Notes under the pieces: model-generated | Told to the model about the DNA's origin: nothing | Database searches by the model: none | Seen by the model: only the letters and a program-made list of their open reading frames with translations | Assembly (NCBI GenBank): GCA_052279835.1 | Contig: CP181291.1 | Location: 4,352,001 to 4,416,000 of the forward strand | Direction: 5' to 3' | Source of the DNA: Microcoleus sp. | GTDB taxonomy: Bacteria > Cyanobacteriota > Cyanobacteriia > Cyanobacteriales > Microcoleaceae | Length of the DNA: 64,000 nucleotides | Shown here: positions 21,003-33,400 of the stretch, one piece after another | Layout: every line of letters begins with the position of its first letter | Numbering within the stretch: the stretch's first letter is position 1 | Made by a program: the position numbers and the translations under genes

Positions 21003-22295
21003 ATGCAACTAACACAGAGGCACATCATTAAATCAACGTCACACCGTTTCGCCCAAATTGACGAACTAGCCTTTAAATCCAAAAACCTCTACAATGCCGC
21101 CAATTACGTCATTCGTCAGAGTTTTATTTATGGGTGGGGCTATGTCAACTACAACGAAATGAACCGATTGATGAAGTCTCACGAAGCATATAAGGCAATG
21201 CCAGCCAAAGTAAGTCAGCAAATCTTGATGGTGCTAGACAAGAATTGGAAATCGTTTTTTGAAGCCGTTAAAGCTTACAAAGTTGATTCTTCAAAATTCA
21301 CGGGTCGCCCAAAACTGCCAAAGTACAAAGATAAGACTAAAGGGCGAAATCTTCTCGTCTACACGATGCAAGCAATTAGCAGCAAACAGTTGAAGAAAGG
21401 AATTATCAAGCTTTCCGGCACTGAACTTTCAATTAAAACCCAAGTCAATCCCAACCAGATTTGTCAAGTTAGAGTGGTTCCGAAATGTGATTGCTATGTA
21501 ATTGAGGTGATTTATGATGCTGGTACTGAGGGTAGTCGAAGTGAACCGGAGTCCACCCTTGGCAATGCCAACTCTGTAGCTAGTATTGATTTGGGACTGG
21601 ATAATTTAGTGGCGTTAACTTCAAATCAGCCGGGATTTATCCCTTTGTTGATTAACGGGCGACCATTAAAATCGATTAACCAGTTCTATAACAAACGCAA
21701 ATCCCGATTACAATCCCAGTTAAAAGGGAATCGTCAAACCTCACCCAGGATTCAGCGATTAACTCGCTGTCGCCATCAAAAAGTTGATAATTACTTGCAT
21801 CATGCTAGTCGTGTGATTGTGGCGATTTTAAATACCAAACAAATTGGGACGCTAGTAATTGGCAAGAATGCACAGTGGAAAACTGAAATTGCTCTCGGTT
21901 GGCAAACCAATCAAAACTTTGTTAGTATTCCTCACTCTCGATTAATTGAAATGTTGGAGTACAAAGCTCGGTTGGTGGGAATCACAGTAATTGTGCAGGA
22001 AGAATCATTTACATCGCGGGCAAGTTTTTTGGGTTTAGACTCAATCCCTGTCTACGGGAAAACAGAAAAAGAGCCAATGTTTACAGGGAAGCGTATTCAG
22101 CGAGGTTTGTACAAAACATCGACTGGTCAGTTAATCAATTCTGATATCAACGCTTCGTACAACATCCTCAGAAAAGCAATCCCAAATGCCTTGTGCGATG
22201 GGATAGGGAGCTGCGTAGTTCAGCCGAGGCGGGTTAATCCGCTCGAAGTAAAAGTGAAGGGGGAGGGAATTGAAGCCTCCCATGCCTATAAATGA
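21003..22295 (+). CDS. tnpB: Full-length TnpB (IS200/IS605, IS1341-type, no tnpA)
   Basis: SKNLYNAANY N-terminus, RPKLPKYK, RuvC-I SIDLGLDNL, IGKNxxWK, QEESFTS, RuvC-III INSDINASYNI. Confidence 0.92.
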   Translation: MQLTQRHIIKSTSHRFAQIDELAFKSKNLYNAANYVIRQSFIYGWGYVNYNEMNRLMKSHEAYKAMPAKVSQQILMVLDKNWKSFFEAVKAYKVDSSKFTGRPKLPKYKDKTKGRNLLVYTMQAISSKQLKKGIIKLSGTELSIKTQVNPNQICQVRVVPKCDCYVIEVIYDAGTEGSRSEPESTLGNANSVASIDLGLDNLVALTSNQPGFIPLLINGRPLKSINQFYNKRKSRLQSQLKGNRQTSPRIQRLTRCRHQKVDNYLHHASRVIVAILNTKQIGTLVIGKNAQWKTEIALGWQTNQNFVSIPHSRLIEMLEYKARLVGITVIVQEESFTSRASFLGLDSIPVYGKTEKEPMFTGKRIQRGLYKTSTGQLINSDINASYNILRKAIPNALCDGIGSCVVQPRRVNPLEVKVKGEGIEASHAYK

Positions 22296-22456
22296 CTATA
22301 CTTTTACCAGCTATTAGATAATGAGCGACCAAGATTTTTGGTAAAATCCGCCCCTACACCAAATATAGTAATCCCGCCACGTTGGTGACGGGATTGATAG
22401 GTGGGAGGTTAGCTATTTTTCAGCTCAGCTAGATTTGAAATTAGCTGACTGCTCAA

Positions 22457-23488
22457 TTAGCTCATGCTAGCCATTTCTTGCTGCAATGTGCTTTTAGCTG
22501 CTTTAAATTGAGTAGCCATTTGCTCCATTTGGGCTTCGCTAAAGTGGTCGCGTATTTTAGAGAACATATCGCTTTCTTCTTGTTTTACGTGAGCCTTCAC
22601 CGCTGCTTTTAGCTGGGCGATTTGAGCTTTGAATTCAGAAGCAGCATGGGGGTTGAGAGCCTTAATTTGTGAGAGCATTTGCTTCATTTCGGCTTGCTCA
22701 TTATATAGTTCTTGAGTGTCGCTGTAATAGCTGCGAACTGCTGGGTACACAATTTGTTCTTCTGCTTCGGCGTGCACGCTTAAATCTTTGTACAACTGAC
22801 CAAAGAATTCTTGCAGTTTTTGGGGATCTTCGGTTTTTTCGATTTCCATAAATATGGTATCGACTTTGCGGTGATCCATTGTGATGACTTCGATGATGTT
22901 CATTTCATCTTTGGTGCGGGTGACAGCACTACCGATGATGCCACTCATGGCAGCCATTCCATCTTGGACTCTAGCCCAAACGCCTTGTTCCGGGTCTTTT
23001 CCAGTTAGTTCGCGCACGCCCAAAATTTCTAGCATTCCTTTGAGTTGTTCTTGGTGAGCGCGGTTTTCAAAGTTGACTGTGTTGAGGGGGGTAATCGCAG
23101 CTTCGATATCGGCACCAACTACTTGGGCGGCTTTGTGAACTAAGAGGCCGGCCATTGTTTGTTTGTGTTTGAGGAGTTCGTGCTGACTTACTTTTTCAAA
23201 CATGGTTAGTTCAGAACCTTTCATGAGTTTCTGAACTGCTTCAATCATTTCTGTGGTGGTTTCTTGTGGCTCAGATTGAATTCCATATTGAACGATCGTG
23301 GTTTCTAATACGCCCATGTTTTTGCGATCGTCCTCAAGCATATCCCGGAAGCGATCGCACAGTTCGGCATCGTTGCAGGATTTGATAAACATTTCTTCGT
23401 TAGCGATGAGCAACTTTTGCAGTGCTTTCATGTCTGCTAATTTCATGCCTATCGCTTGGCGTTTGGTGTCTTCAAGAGTAGCTACCAT
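22457..23488 (-). CDS. Hemerythrin-domain protein (cyanobacterial 'DNA nickase'-type stress protein)
   Basis: C-terminal HHE motifs DHRKV, HAEAEEQIVYP, HVKQEE. N-terminal helical domain with NFENRAHQEQLKG. Confidence 0.8.
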   Translation of the reverse strand: MVATLEDTKRQAIGMKLADMKALQKLLIANEEMFIKSCNDAELCDRFRDMLEDDRKNMGVLETTIVQYGIQSEPQETTTEMIEAVQKLMKGSELTMFEKVSQHELLKHKQTMAGLLVHKAAQVVGADIEAAITPLNTVNFENRAHQEQLKGMLEILGVRELTGKDPEQGVWARVQDGMAAMSGIIGSAVTRTKDEMNIIEVITMDHRKVDTIFMEIEKTEDPQKLQEFFGQLYKDLSVHAEAEEQIVYPAVRSYYSDTQELYNEQAEMKQMLSQIKALNPHAASEFKAQIAQLKAAVKAHVKQEESDMFSKIRDHFSEAQMEQMATQFKAAKSTLQQEMASMS

Positions 23489-23756
23489 TGCTCTGTTCTC
23501 CTCTGAATGTGTGTCGTGTTCTTATTCTTAAAGGTATTGAAATATTTCGAGCAATTCCTCTTTCTCCCGACTGATCCATCGATCTCCCGCTAAATCTATT
23601 GACTTTTAAAACTCAAAATGCTATAAGAGTGATTCAATTGATGAGGCGATGATTGATAAGGCGATAGAAAATTTGTATCAATGCACCCCGATCGCCCGTC
23701 TGTAAAGCGCTACTATGGTTGAAACCAAAGTTAACTAAAGTTTAAGAATAACTAGC

Positions 23757-25022
23757 TTGTCTCAAATCCTGACTGCTTTAGATTTCCCAGCAAACGTCTG
23801 GAAGCTGAATAACGGGTTAACGGTCATTCACCAGCACCTGAAGGCTACACCTGTGGTCGCACTAGACGTGTGGGTAAAGGCGGGTGCAACGCAAGAGCCG
23901 GATTCGTGGTCTGGAATGGCTCATTTTCTAGAACATATGATATTTAAGGGGACTGATTCGATCGCCCCGGTCGAATTTGACCAAATAATCGAAAATCGTG
24001 GCGGTGTGACTAATGCAGCGACAAGTCACGACTACGCCCATTTTTATGTCACGGCGGCGGCAAGTTATTTAGCAGAAACTACTCAGCCACTAGCAGAATT
24101 GCTATTGCGAGCTTCGATTCCAGATTCAGAATTCGATCGCGAGCGAGATGTGGTGCTAGAAGAAATCCGCCAAGCTCAAGATGATCCCGATTGGCTGGGT
24201 TTTCAAGCAATGATGGAAACAGTTTATCAGTGCCATCCCTACAGGCGATCGGTATTGGGCACAGAAGAGTTGCTGATGTCGCTAACACCCCACGAAATGC
24301 GCTGTTTCCATCGATCGCACTATCAGCCAGAAAATATGACTGTGGTGATAGTTGGGGGAATTGAGGAAGCACAGGCGATGGATGTGACAGGGAAAGCTTT
24401 CGGGGAGTTTTCTGATAGGTGGGAATGTCCCAAGTTGGTAGCAGAAGCCGAAGCGCCTCTGGTGGGAATTCGCCGTCAGGAGCTCCACCTTCCCAGATTG
24501 GAACAAGCACGGCTAATGATGGCTTGGACTGGGCCGGGAGTTGAGCAGTTGGAAAGTGCTTGTGGCTTGGATTTGCTGTCGGTGTTGCTCGCTGACGGGC
24601 GATCGTCTCGTTTAGTCAGGGAACTGCGGGAAGAACTACAATTGGTACAGGCGATCGAGAGCTCTTTTTCCTTACAACGGGAATCGAGTTTATTTACGAT
24701 AAGTGCTGTGTTGGAAGCGGAGGATGTCGAAAGGGTGGAAAGTGTGATTTGCGATCGACTTTGGCAATTGCAGTCAGAGCTGGTTTCTGAGGTAGAATTG
24801 CTTCGCTGTAAGCGTTTGCTGTGCAACGATTTTGCTTTCTCCATCGAAACCCCTGGTCAACTGGCTGGTCTTTATGGGTATTACAATACGATCGCCAAAG
24901 CTGAATTAGCTATGAGCTATCCAACCAAAATTCAAGGATTCGAGCCATTAGACATCCAGCGTTTAGCTCGACAATATCTTTCTCCCAAACACTATGCGGC
25001 CGTGGTGCTAAAACCAATTTAG
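23757..25022 (+). CDS. M16B zinc peptidase, catalytic subunit
   Basis: HFLEH inverted zinc motif, NAATSHD, ERDVVLEE. Confidence 0.92.
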   Translation: MSQILTALDFPANVWKLNNGLTVIHQHLKATPVVALDVWVKAGATQEPDSWSGMAHFLEHMIFKGTDSIAPVEFDQIIENRGGVTNAATSHDYAHFYVTAAASYLAETTQPLAELLLRASIPDSEFDRERDVVLEEIRQAQDDPDWLGFQAMMETVYQCHPYRRSVLGTEELLMSLTPHEMRCFHRSHYQPENMTVVIVGGIEEAQAMDVTGKAFGEFSDRWECPKLVAEAEAPLVGIRRQELHLPRLEQARLMMAWTGPGVEQLESACGLDLLSVLLADGRSSRLVRELREELQLVQAIESSFSLQRESSLFTISAVLEAEDVERVESVICDRLWQLQSELVSEVELLRCKRLLCNDFAFSIETPGQLAGLYGYYNTIAKAELAMSYPTKIQGFEPLDIQRLARQYLSPKHYAAVVLKPI

Positions 25023-25086
25023 TCATTAGTCAGTAGTCAGTAGTCATTAGTCATTAGTCAGTTTCCCAATTCCCACTAAATTAAAA

Positions 25087-26355
25087 ATGAAAAATGAAAT
25101 CCACCGCACAGTTTTAGACAATGGTATTGTTGTCTTGGCAGCAGAAAACCCAGCAGCAGATATTATTGCAGCTAGGATATTCCTACGGGCTGGTAGCCGC
25201 TGGGTACAGCCGGAACAAGCTGGATTGTGTCACTTACTGTCGGCGGTAATGACTAAAGGAACCGATCGCCTTTCTTCCCTAGAAATTGCCGAACGTGTAG
25301 AATCGGTGGGAGCGAGGTTGGGTACGGATTCAACTTCCGACTATTTTTTAGTGAGTTTGAAGACCGTTTCAGCAGACTTTACGGATATTTTGGAGTTGGC
25401 GAGTGAATTGATGCGATCGCCCACTTTTCCAGAAGCAGAAGTAGAATTAGAACGTCGCATTGCTATATCAGCAATTCGATCGCAAAAAGAACAACCATTT
25501 TCCCTCGCTTTTGAGCAACTGCGGCAGACGATGTATCAGGACCATCCCTACGCTTTCTCTACCTTGGGCACGGAAGATACCATGTCCAAGCTGACTCGAA
25601 CCGATCTCGAACAGTTTCACAAAACTTATTTCCGCCCGGATAATGTAGTCATTTCGATCGCCGGCAGAATATCCACAGCAGATGCGATCGCCCTAGTCGA
25701 TCGCATTTTTGGCGACTGGAAAGCGCCAGCAACACCGCTACCCACTTTAAGCTTACCCCCCATCAGCCCCCGCCCCAAATCGGCGTTGAGACCCCAAGAA
25801 ACCCAGCAATCAGTGGTGATGTTGGGCTACCTTGCCCCAGCAGTAAAAGATACTGGCTACGCAGCGCTGAAGTTGCTCAATAGTTATTTGGGTAATGGTT
25901 TGTCGAGTCGGTTGTTTGTGGAATTGAGGGAAAAGCGAGGTTTGGCTTACGATGTTTCCTCCATGTATGCGACGCGGTTAGATGCGGCACAGTTTGTGGT
26001 GTATATGGGTACGGCCCCGGAAAATACACAGACTGCTTTTGATGGATTGCGTACAGAAGTCGATCGACTAGCAAATACCCAACTAGATGACGAGGAATTG
26101 CAAGCTTGTAAGAATAAAATCCTCGGTCAATATGCTTTAGGAAAACAGACTAATTCGCAAATTGCTCAAGTTGTAGGCTGGTACGAAACCTTGGGATTGG
26201 GAATTAAATTTGACGAAGAATTCCAAGCAGAAATTGCTCAGGTAACTGCTGCTGAAGCGCGGGATGCTGCTAGGAAATTTTTCGTAGAACCCTATGTTTC
26301 TTTGGTGGGCCCGGAGGCTGCGATTACAGAATTTGGGCTGGCGGCGGTTTGTTGA
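25087..26355 (+). CDS. M16B peptidase, non-catalytic partner subunit
   Basis: Degenerate zinc motif (HLLSA), SSRLFVELREKRGLAY, tandem with the previous gene. Confidence 0.9.
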   Translation: MKNEIHRTVLDNGIVVLAAENPAADIIAARIFLRAGSRWVQPEQAGLCHLLSAVMTKGTDRLSSLEIAERVESVGARLGTDSTSDYFLVSLKTVSADFTDILELASELMRSPTFPEAEVELERRIAISAIRSQKEQPFSLAFEQLRQTMYQDHPYAFSTLGTEDTMSKLTRTDLEQFHKTYFRPDNVVISIAGRISTADAIALVDRIFGDWKAPATPLPTLSLPPISPRPKSALRPQETQQSVVMLGYLAPAVKDTGYAALKLLNSYLGNGLSSRLFVELREKRGLAYDVSSMYATRLDAAQFVVYMGTAPENTQTAFDGLRTEVDRLANTQLDDEELQACKNKILGQYALGKQTNSQIAQVVGWYETLGLGIKFDEEFQAEIAQVTAAEARDAARKFFVEPYVSLVGPEAAITEFGLAAVC

Positions 26356-26421
26356 GGAGGAAAAGTGCGATCGAACTTGTCACAAGTTCGATCGATTCCA
26401 TCCTGGGATAGACATTAGTAT

Positions 26422-27288
26422 TTATTTTTGGAAACGAGTCAACAGCCTTTTGACAGTCGCGATGGGGTGTCTGACTCTCCAGACTTGAAAGTTATCTAAG
26501 ATAGGATCAGTGCCTGGTAGCTTGACCCAATCATCGCAGAGAATACCTTCAACCGGGTTGGGCACTCCTGGGCGACACCACGCTGTCGCAACTACTACTA
26601 CTTTCTGTGGGTGCGGGTTCAACCAAGCACCCCACCAGGAAAAAGTAGAATTAGTAATCACATTAGCTCGACATAAAGTCATTAAATAAAGCTGCTGAGG
26701 AGCATTCAGGTTATCTACAAAGATCAATTCATGCTCTTTAATGTCACGCAAAAATTCTCTGGCTAAATCGGGACGATCGGAAAACACAAGAATTGAACCT
26801 TTGGGTTCGATCGCACTTAAGGAATTCTTGTAAAAAGAAAGCGGGTAAAGCGGGAAATATTCTCTGGTATTGCCGTAGTCGGTATCGAGGCGCAGCGAAA
26901 AGCTGACACAATCCTTTTGCAAAATGTCGCCATAGAGCTTTTTTACCTCAGTGACAATCTCGTTCTTGAAAGTGTACCACTCACGTACAAGTTGCTTATC
27001 TGAGTAATATTTTTCAGATTGAAAGAAACCTTGCATTTCAGTGTGGTCTCCGATGGAAAGCGCTGCCGGTGTAAAGCCAGCTTCAGGATGGGGGTCGAAA
27101 AAATGAACAATCCCGGTCGGTGCGCTAGCACGCTCACCTTCATCCTTCAGGTTGAAGATATCATCACCATCCCACTTAGGGCAAAAAAATTGAGTTCCCA
27201 GACGTCGTGCTGTTGTTCTCAGGAATGCGTATTGAAATAATTGATTGCCCAGTCTTCCGTAGTTTCCTAACTTAGAGAAAGAAATCAT
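26422..27288 (-). CDS. GT11 alpha-1,2-fucosyltransferase-like glycosyltransferase
   Basis: GRLGNQLFQYA, GFFQSEKY, VFSD, NSTFSWWGAWL. Confidence 0.88.
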   Translation of the reverse strand: MISFSKLGNYGRLGNQLFQYAFLRTTARRLGTQFFCPKWDGDDIFNLKDEGERASAPTGIVHFFDPHPEAGFTPAALSIGDHTEMQGFFQSEKYYSDKQLVREWYTFKNEIVTEVKKLYGDILQKDCVSFSLRLDTDYGNTREYFPLYPLSFYKNSLSAIEPKGSILVFSDRPDLAREFLRDIKEHELIFVDNLNAPQQLYLMTLCRANVITNSTFSWWGAWLNPHPQKVVVVATAWCRPGVPNPVEGILCDDWVKLPGTDPILDNFQVWRVRHPIATVKRLLTRFQK

Positions 27289-27447
27289 GAGATATTACCT
27301 ATGGTTTAAGACAGCTTCCAGCAGGCGTACACTTTAATATTGTATAGCAAATCGCCTTCATATTCTGAGCGATCGCTATACAATATTAGCTGCAAAATAA
27401 AGAGTGTTTTGTATTAGTTGTAACTAATTTATGGGCTTAATTAAATC

Positions 27448-30400
27448 TCAAATTAACCCAAAATTAACTGCACTGATACTGCTAGCAGAAACTCCACTGA
27501 GAGTCGCTAAAATTTCCCCAGTTTGCGCAATGCGGATGAAAGTTGCACCGCTATCTTGGACTATAGCCAATTGCGAAAAACTCAGCCCGCTACCCAATAC
27601 TAACAAGTCTTTACCAACTTCAAAGTCATCGATGGTATCAATACCTGAATTGGTAGAAAGCAAGAATTTATCATTACCAGCACCTCCGGTCAAAGTATCA
27701 CTTCCCAAGCCGCCAGTCAACAAATCATCACCCTTACCACCTAGCAGAATATCATTGCCATCGCCACCATTCAAAATGTCCGTACCGCGATTGCCAAACA
27801 AGGCATCATCACCGCTATTTCCGAGCAAAGTATCGCTACCTTTACCGCCGAAAATACTGTCATTCCCAGCGCCGCCGTCTAGGGAATCATTGCCCCTCAT
27901 ACCCATCAACACATTATTGGCGCTGTCGCCAGTCAGGATATCATCGCCATTTGTACCGTTAATGGCATTCTGGGAATTGCTGCCCAAATCAGCATCGCCA
28001 GTGATAATAGGAGTGGCAATTCCCACAGGCAATATCACTGCTTGAATTCGGCTATCTAAAGCAGCACCAGTATTGTCAGCAACTACCTGGGCAATTGTCT
28101 TAGTTCCCGCACCAATCGCTTTGAAATCTTGAGTTGTGGGACCCAAGGCTACTTGTTGGACGCGGGCAACTGATTCAGGAATTGATGTTGCTGTTGGGTT
28201 AGAAACAGCGATATCAATGCGTTGATTGGCCGTCGCCATTACTGTCGCAGCTTGGGAGGTAATTGGGGTGATTTTTTGACTGTTGAAACTGGGGTCAATT
28301 TGCTGGATTTTCGCGGCTGCTTGCTGAACGATCGCTTCTAAAGCGGCTGCGTTGCTGAGGTTTAAGACTGTACCTGATTGAATTCGCTCGGTAATTGAAC
28401 TGACAACAGTTTTGACAATATTAGTATTGGCTGCACTGGAAGCGCCGTCAATTAAAGCGGCAGTTTGAGTGATGAAGTTTTGGACTTTCACCATTGCTGC
28501 TAAGACTTGAACTCCCCCTGGCTGGTTGTTGTTAGTGGCTTCTATGGGATCTAAGCTAGTCAGGTCAACTTCAGCGGGGAGTCCGAGGGCGGCTTTGACT
28601 AAAGATTGGGCTGCTTCTGGTGCAATTCCTTTGTCGATTAAGTCAGCAACTAAGCTGGTGAGGAGGGTGACAACTGTGGAATCTGGCGGTGCGGTGACTG
28701 GTGTTTCTAGGGGTAATCCGGTGGCGGTGTCAGTGCCTCCAGTAGCGACTAAATGGCCTTCTTCTGGATCGATTTCTCCGTTTTTGTTGGTATCGAAAAT
28801 CTCGAAGGGAATATCAAGATTAAAACTACCGTCGCTGTTAGTTATAGTTGAGGGTTCGTTGGTATCTTTGATGCCGTTTTTGTTGGCATCTAGGAAGACA
28901 GTAGCCCCGGAGATGTAGCCGTCAATGATAAAGCCGCCAAGAGAGTCACTTTTGAACTTAACGAACTCGCTAACACTCGCGCCAGATTTATCAGTTCCCG
29001 TCACTTTCAACCAATATTTGAAAGATGTTGGGCGATCGGGACTTAAATTAATAGTGCGAGTTGCTGGATTAAAAGTTAGCCAGGAAGGCAAAGGAATTTC
29101 CGGGAAACTTAAGCCTGCAATTGGTTTGCGATAGTAACCGCCTTTGAGATCGCTTTCTGACGTATATGCAGAGGGACTCAAGCTACTAACATCTGCTATG
29201 GCGATCGAATAATTAATGCTGTCGCCCGGATCGGGGTCAGTATTGGTATCGGCAGCTAAGGTAAAAGTATTGCCAGTTTGAGAGAAACTCAGTGCTGCAC
29301 TTTGCGAAAACACAGAACGATTTACAACTGGCGGGCGGTTGGCGACTGTGGTAAAACTCCCTTCTGTGGCAAACTCTGAACCAGCCCAAGCAGTGTCGAT
29401 CGCCTGTACGCTCCAGTAATATATCTTATCTGGAGACAAGTCTTTGAGTTGCCACTGGGTGTTTTGACTAACATTCCCCAACCCCACCAGTTGACGAGTT
29501 CCATCGGCAAGATACGACATCGGGGAAAGAATATCTTGACCTCCTGGTGTCGTGCCGACTCGCAGGTTGTAGCTTAAACCATCAGCACGAGTTTCAGCAT
29601 CATTTGCTTTATTCCACTTAAGAGTCACATTTCGGCCAGAAGGTAAATCTGATAGCCCTGTGGGTGCTGTGGGGGGAGTGTTGGCGATCGCAGTGTTGTT
29701 GCGAAAGACTTTGGTAAAGAAGTCGTTTTCGTTATAAGACCCGGAGAAGTCTGTTGGTGAAGCACCTGTGAGTAGGATATCCAATCTGCCATCCTTGTCG
29801 TAGTCTCCCCAAGCAGTCTGAGAAAAGCCATTCTGCTTTTGCTCTGCGCCACTGTCGATTAGCGCGCCACTGTCGATAAAGCTGTTTGGGCCAGTAAAGC
29901 TGTCTAGGTTGGAAAAATTACCTTTGTTTTGATAGACTTTGGCAACGATTTTTGCTGAACTTTCGCCATTTTGTTGATCGACACCAGTGCCTAGGATATC
30001 CAGAAGCCCGTCATTGTCGTAATCTCCCCAAGCAGGGCGACCTAAATAAGGTATCTGTGCGCCGATGTCTTTAAAGCTAGCAGACTTATTTTCACGGGTT
30101 TTGTTGCCATAGACTCTGGTAAAGGACGGCTGGAAAAAATTATCGCTACCTGTGAGCAAAATATCCAGTTGACCGTCGTTGTCATAGTCTCCCCATGCCA
30201 TATCACGAGCCTCACCGTCGGAACCAGGGAATTCTACACGAGTGTCTTCAAAAACACCATCGCCCAAGTTGCGGTAAAGTTTGGCAATGTACCTTGAATT
30301 AGTGTCTTTGGAGTCCTTTACCTGGACCAGGATATCGAGTTTGCCATCGTTATCGTAATCTGCCCAAACTCCAGCCTTGGTAGCGCCAGCTATTGTGTCA

Positions 30401-33400
30401 TCAGAAAATAGCTGTCCGGGAATTACTAAATCGGGACGTTCTTGTGTTTTGAGACGTGCTTTGCTGTCTTCAAAGCGGTTTTGACCGATATCACCTGTGT
30501 TGCGATAGAGCGTGGTGTTGAACGAGTTCTGAGGGCCTACACGTCTTTTATTAACGAAGAGATCGGGACGCCCGTCATTGTTGTAATCTGCCCAACTTGA
30601 TCGATAAATATCGTAGGAGATATCGTAGTCAGGTAGACGTGTCTCAAAGGTAAAGTTCCCATCAATTTCTTTGAGATCGTTGCGGTAGATTTCATAACTA
30701 CTAATGTTGTTGCTATCGGTGTTGCTCAGGGCAGCATCCAGCCACCCATCATTGTTGTAATCTGCCCAGGCTGAACCATAACCATCTCTTCGATACAATT
30801 CGCTAAAGCCATATTCGCTCAACTTTTGGCCGTTGTTGTCGTAGGTTCCGGTGTTGTCGTAGATGTACCTGTTTCCGAGGATATCTAGTTTGCCGTCATT
30901 GTTGTAGTCTCCCCAGATAGCTGAATCCAAACGAGATATCGGAACGTTCGTGTCGGTGAACAGTGAGTCAGCATCAAAAATTTGCAAGGTGGCAGAGCCT
31001 TGAGTGCCAATATTGGCTTGATCGCGCTCGGTGATCCGAAACTCGATTTTTTCTGTTCTCTCAGCTTGACGATCCGACAAGATATCAATTGTGAAAGGTA
31101 TGGTAGTTTGGCCTGAGTTAAAGGTGATTTCACGAGAGAAATTGGGGGGAAAAAAGTTCCAATCTGTTCCCTCAGTCGCTGAACCAGTAGGAGGTTCTAT
31201 GTACACCTTGGAAATTTTGTTGAGCTGGTTTAGATCTCCACTACGATTCAGAGTAATTTCTGCCTGAACGACTCCTGTGTTACTTTCATTGACTTTGTAA
31301 GTAGCTTTGGAAAAACTTACCGTGGGATCGTCAGGACCACTCATAATCTGATTTACCTCGCCGAAAGGACCGCCAGCAATCCGAGCGTTAGAGTTCGGTA
31401 TTGCGATCCTGAATCCGTTTGGACTGCTTGTTCCTGTAGTAACTGGTGTCGGTGTCGGTGTCGGCGAATCTGAATCGGGCGGTAGGGGTGGTCCTCCGGG
31501 TGTTGGTGTCGGAGTGACTGATGTTGTCGGAGTCGGAGTGACTGATGTTGTCGGTGTTGGTGTCGGAGTGACTGATGTTGTCGGTGTCGGCGTCGGAGTC
31601 GGAGTGACTGATGTCGTCGGTGTCGGAGTCGGCGTGACTGATGTCGTCGGTGTCGGAGTGACTGATGTTGTCGGTGTCGGAGTCGGCGTGACTGATGTCG
31701 TCGGTGTCGGAGTCGGCGTCGGTGTCGGTGTGGGAGTTGGTGTTGGAGTCGGCGCTACATCGTTATCTGCGATCGCCACTGTCACCGCAGGAACCACCAC
31801 CACATTATACTTAGTATCAGTGCTACTTACACTGTGAGTAATAGTGCCACTGTGCGGCCCATCCACGCCCGTATTATCAAAAGCTTTCACCGTAACAGTT
31901 TGAGATACATTCCAATTATTCGGAGTGAAAGTGATCGGGGCGATCGGCTGAAGCTGATTATCTGTTGTGAGATTGATAGTTACAGGGGCGATCGGCTGCG
32001 ACGTTAACTCGATCGCATAACTGCCATTAGCCCCGCCTTCTGTAGCAGTTGTTTCGGTAACACTAACAGAAACACCAGCCGTATCATTGTCCTTATTTGT
32101 GATACCAACATCCGCTACATCTTTGTTATTGTAATTCGGGTCTGTACTAACAGTAGCCCCCGTAATAACTTTGTAGTCAATATCCCCGTCAGCGATATTA
32201 TCATTAACCCCAGTTACTGTCACTGGTTGCGCTGTATCCCAGTTAGTCGGAGTGAAAGTTAAACTATTAGTCGAAACAGTTCCTTCCGCCACATTAGAAC
32301 TATTCAAACCGATAGTCACATTAGCCGTCGGTTTAGTATTCAAAACCACAGCAAAATTTGCCTTAGTACCATCTTCACCAGTAGTCAACCCCGCCGTCGG
32401 ATTGACTGTAATTCCCGGAGTTTCATTGTCGCTATTGGTGACGGTGACATCCAAGGGATTCAGATTCTTGTAATTAGCATCAGTGCTGACAGCAGCCGCC
32501 GTGACAATTTTGTAAACTGCATTTCCATCAGCCACCAAATCGTCCACACCAGTCACCGTTACTGTTTGTAGTTGATTCCAGTTAGCCGGAGTGAAAGTTA
32601 AGCTATTAGTCGAAACAGTTCCTTCAGCTACATTGTCACTACTCAAACCGATGGTAACGTTAGCAGTTGGTTGAGAATTTAGTTTGACTGTGAAATTAGC
32701 TTTCCCGCCGACTTCACTGGTAGTCAATCCTGTTGGGTTAATCGTAATTCCCGGAGTATCATTGTCAGTATTAGTGACAGTGAGAACCAAGGGATTTAGA
32801 TTCTTGTAATTAGCGTCGGTGGTGACAGCAGCCGCTGTCACAATTTTGTAAACTATATTGCCATCAGCTACAAAATCGTCAACACCAGTCACCGTTACTG
32901 TTTGCTCTTGCTTCCAGTTAGTCGGAGTGAAAGTTAAGCTCGCCGGCGCAACAGTTCCTTCGGCAACATTGGAACTACTCAAACCGATGGTAACGTTAGC
33001 AGTTGGTTGAGAATTTAGTTTGACTGTGAAATTAGCTTTACCGCCAATTTCACTGGTAGTTAACCCCGTCGTACTCTGAGTAATACTAATAATTCCCGGA
33101 TTGTCATTGTCAGTGTTGGTGACTGTAACATCATCAGGATTCAGGCTATTGTAATTCGCGTCTGTACTAACAGCAGCCCCCGTAATAACTTTGTAGTCAA
33201 TATCCCCGTCAGCGATATCATCATTAACCCCAGTTACTGTCACTGGTTGTGCTGTATCCCAGTTAGCGGGAGTGAAAGTTAAGCTATTAGTTGCAATAGT
33301 TCCTTCAGCTACATTGTCACTACTCAAACCGATGGTAACATCAGCAGTTGGTTGAGTGTTAAGTTTGACTGTGAAAGTAGCTTTACCGCCTGCTTCGGTA

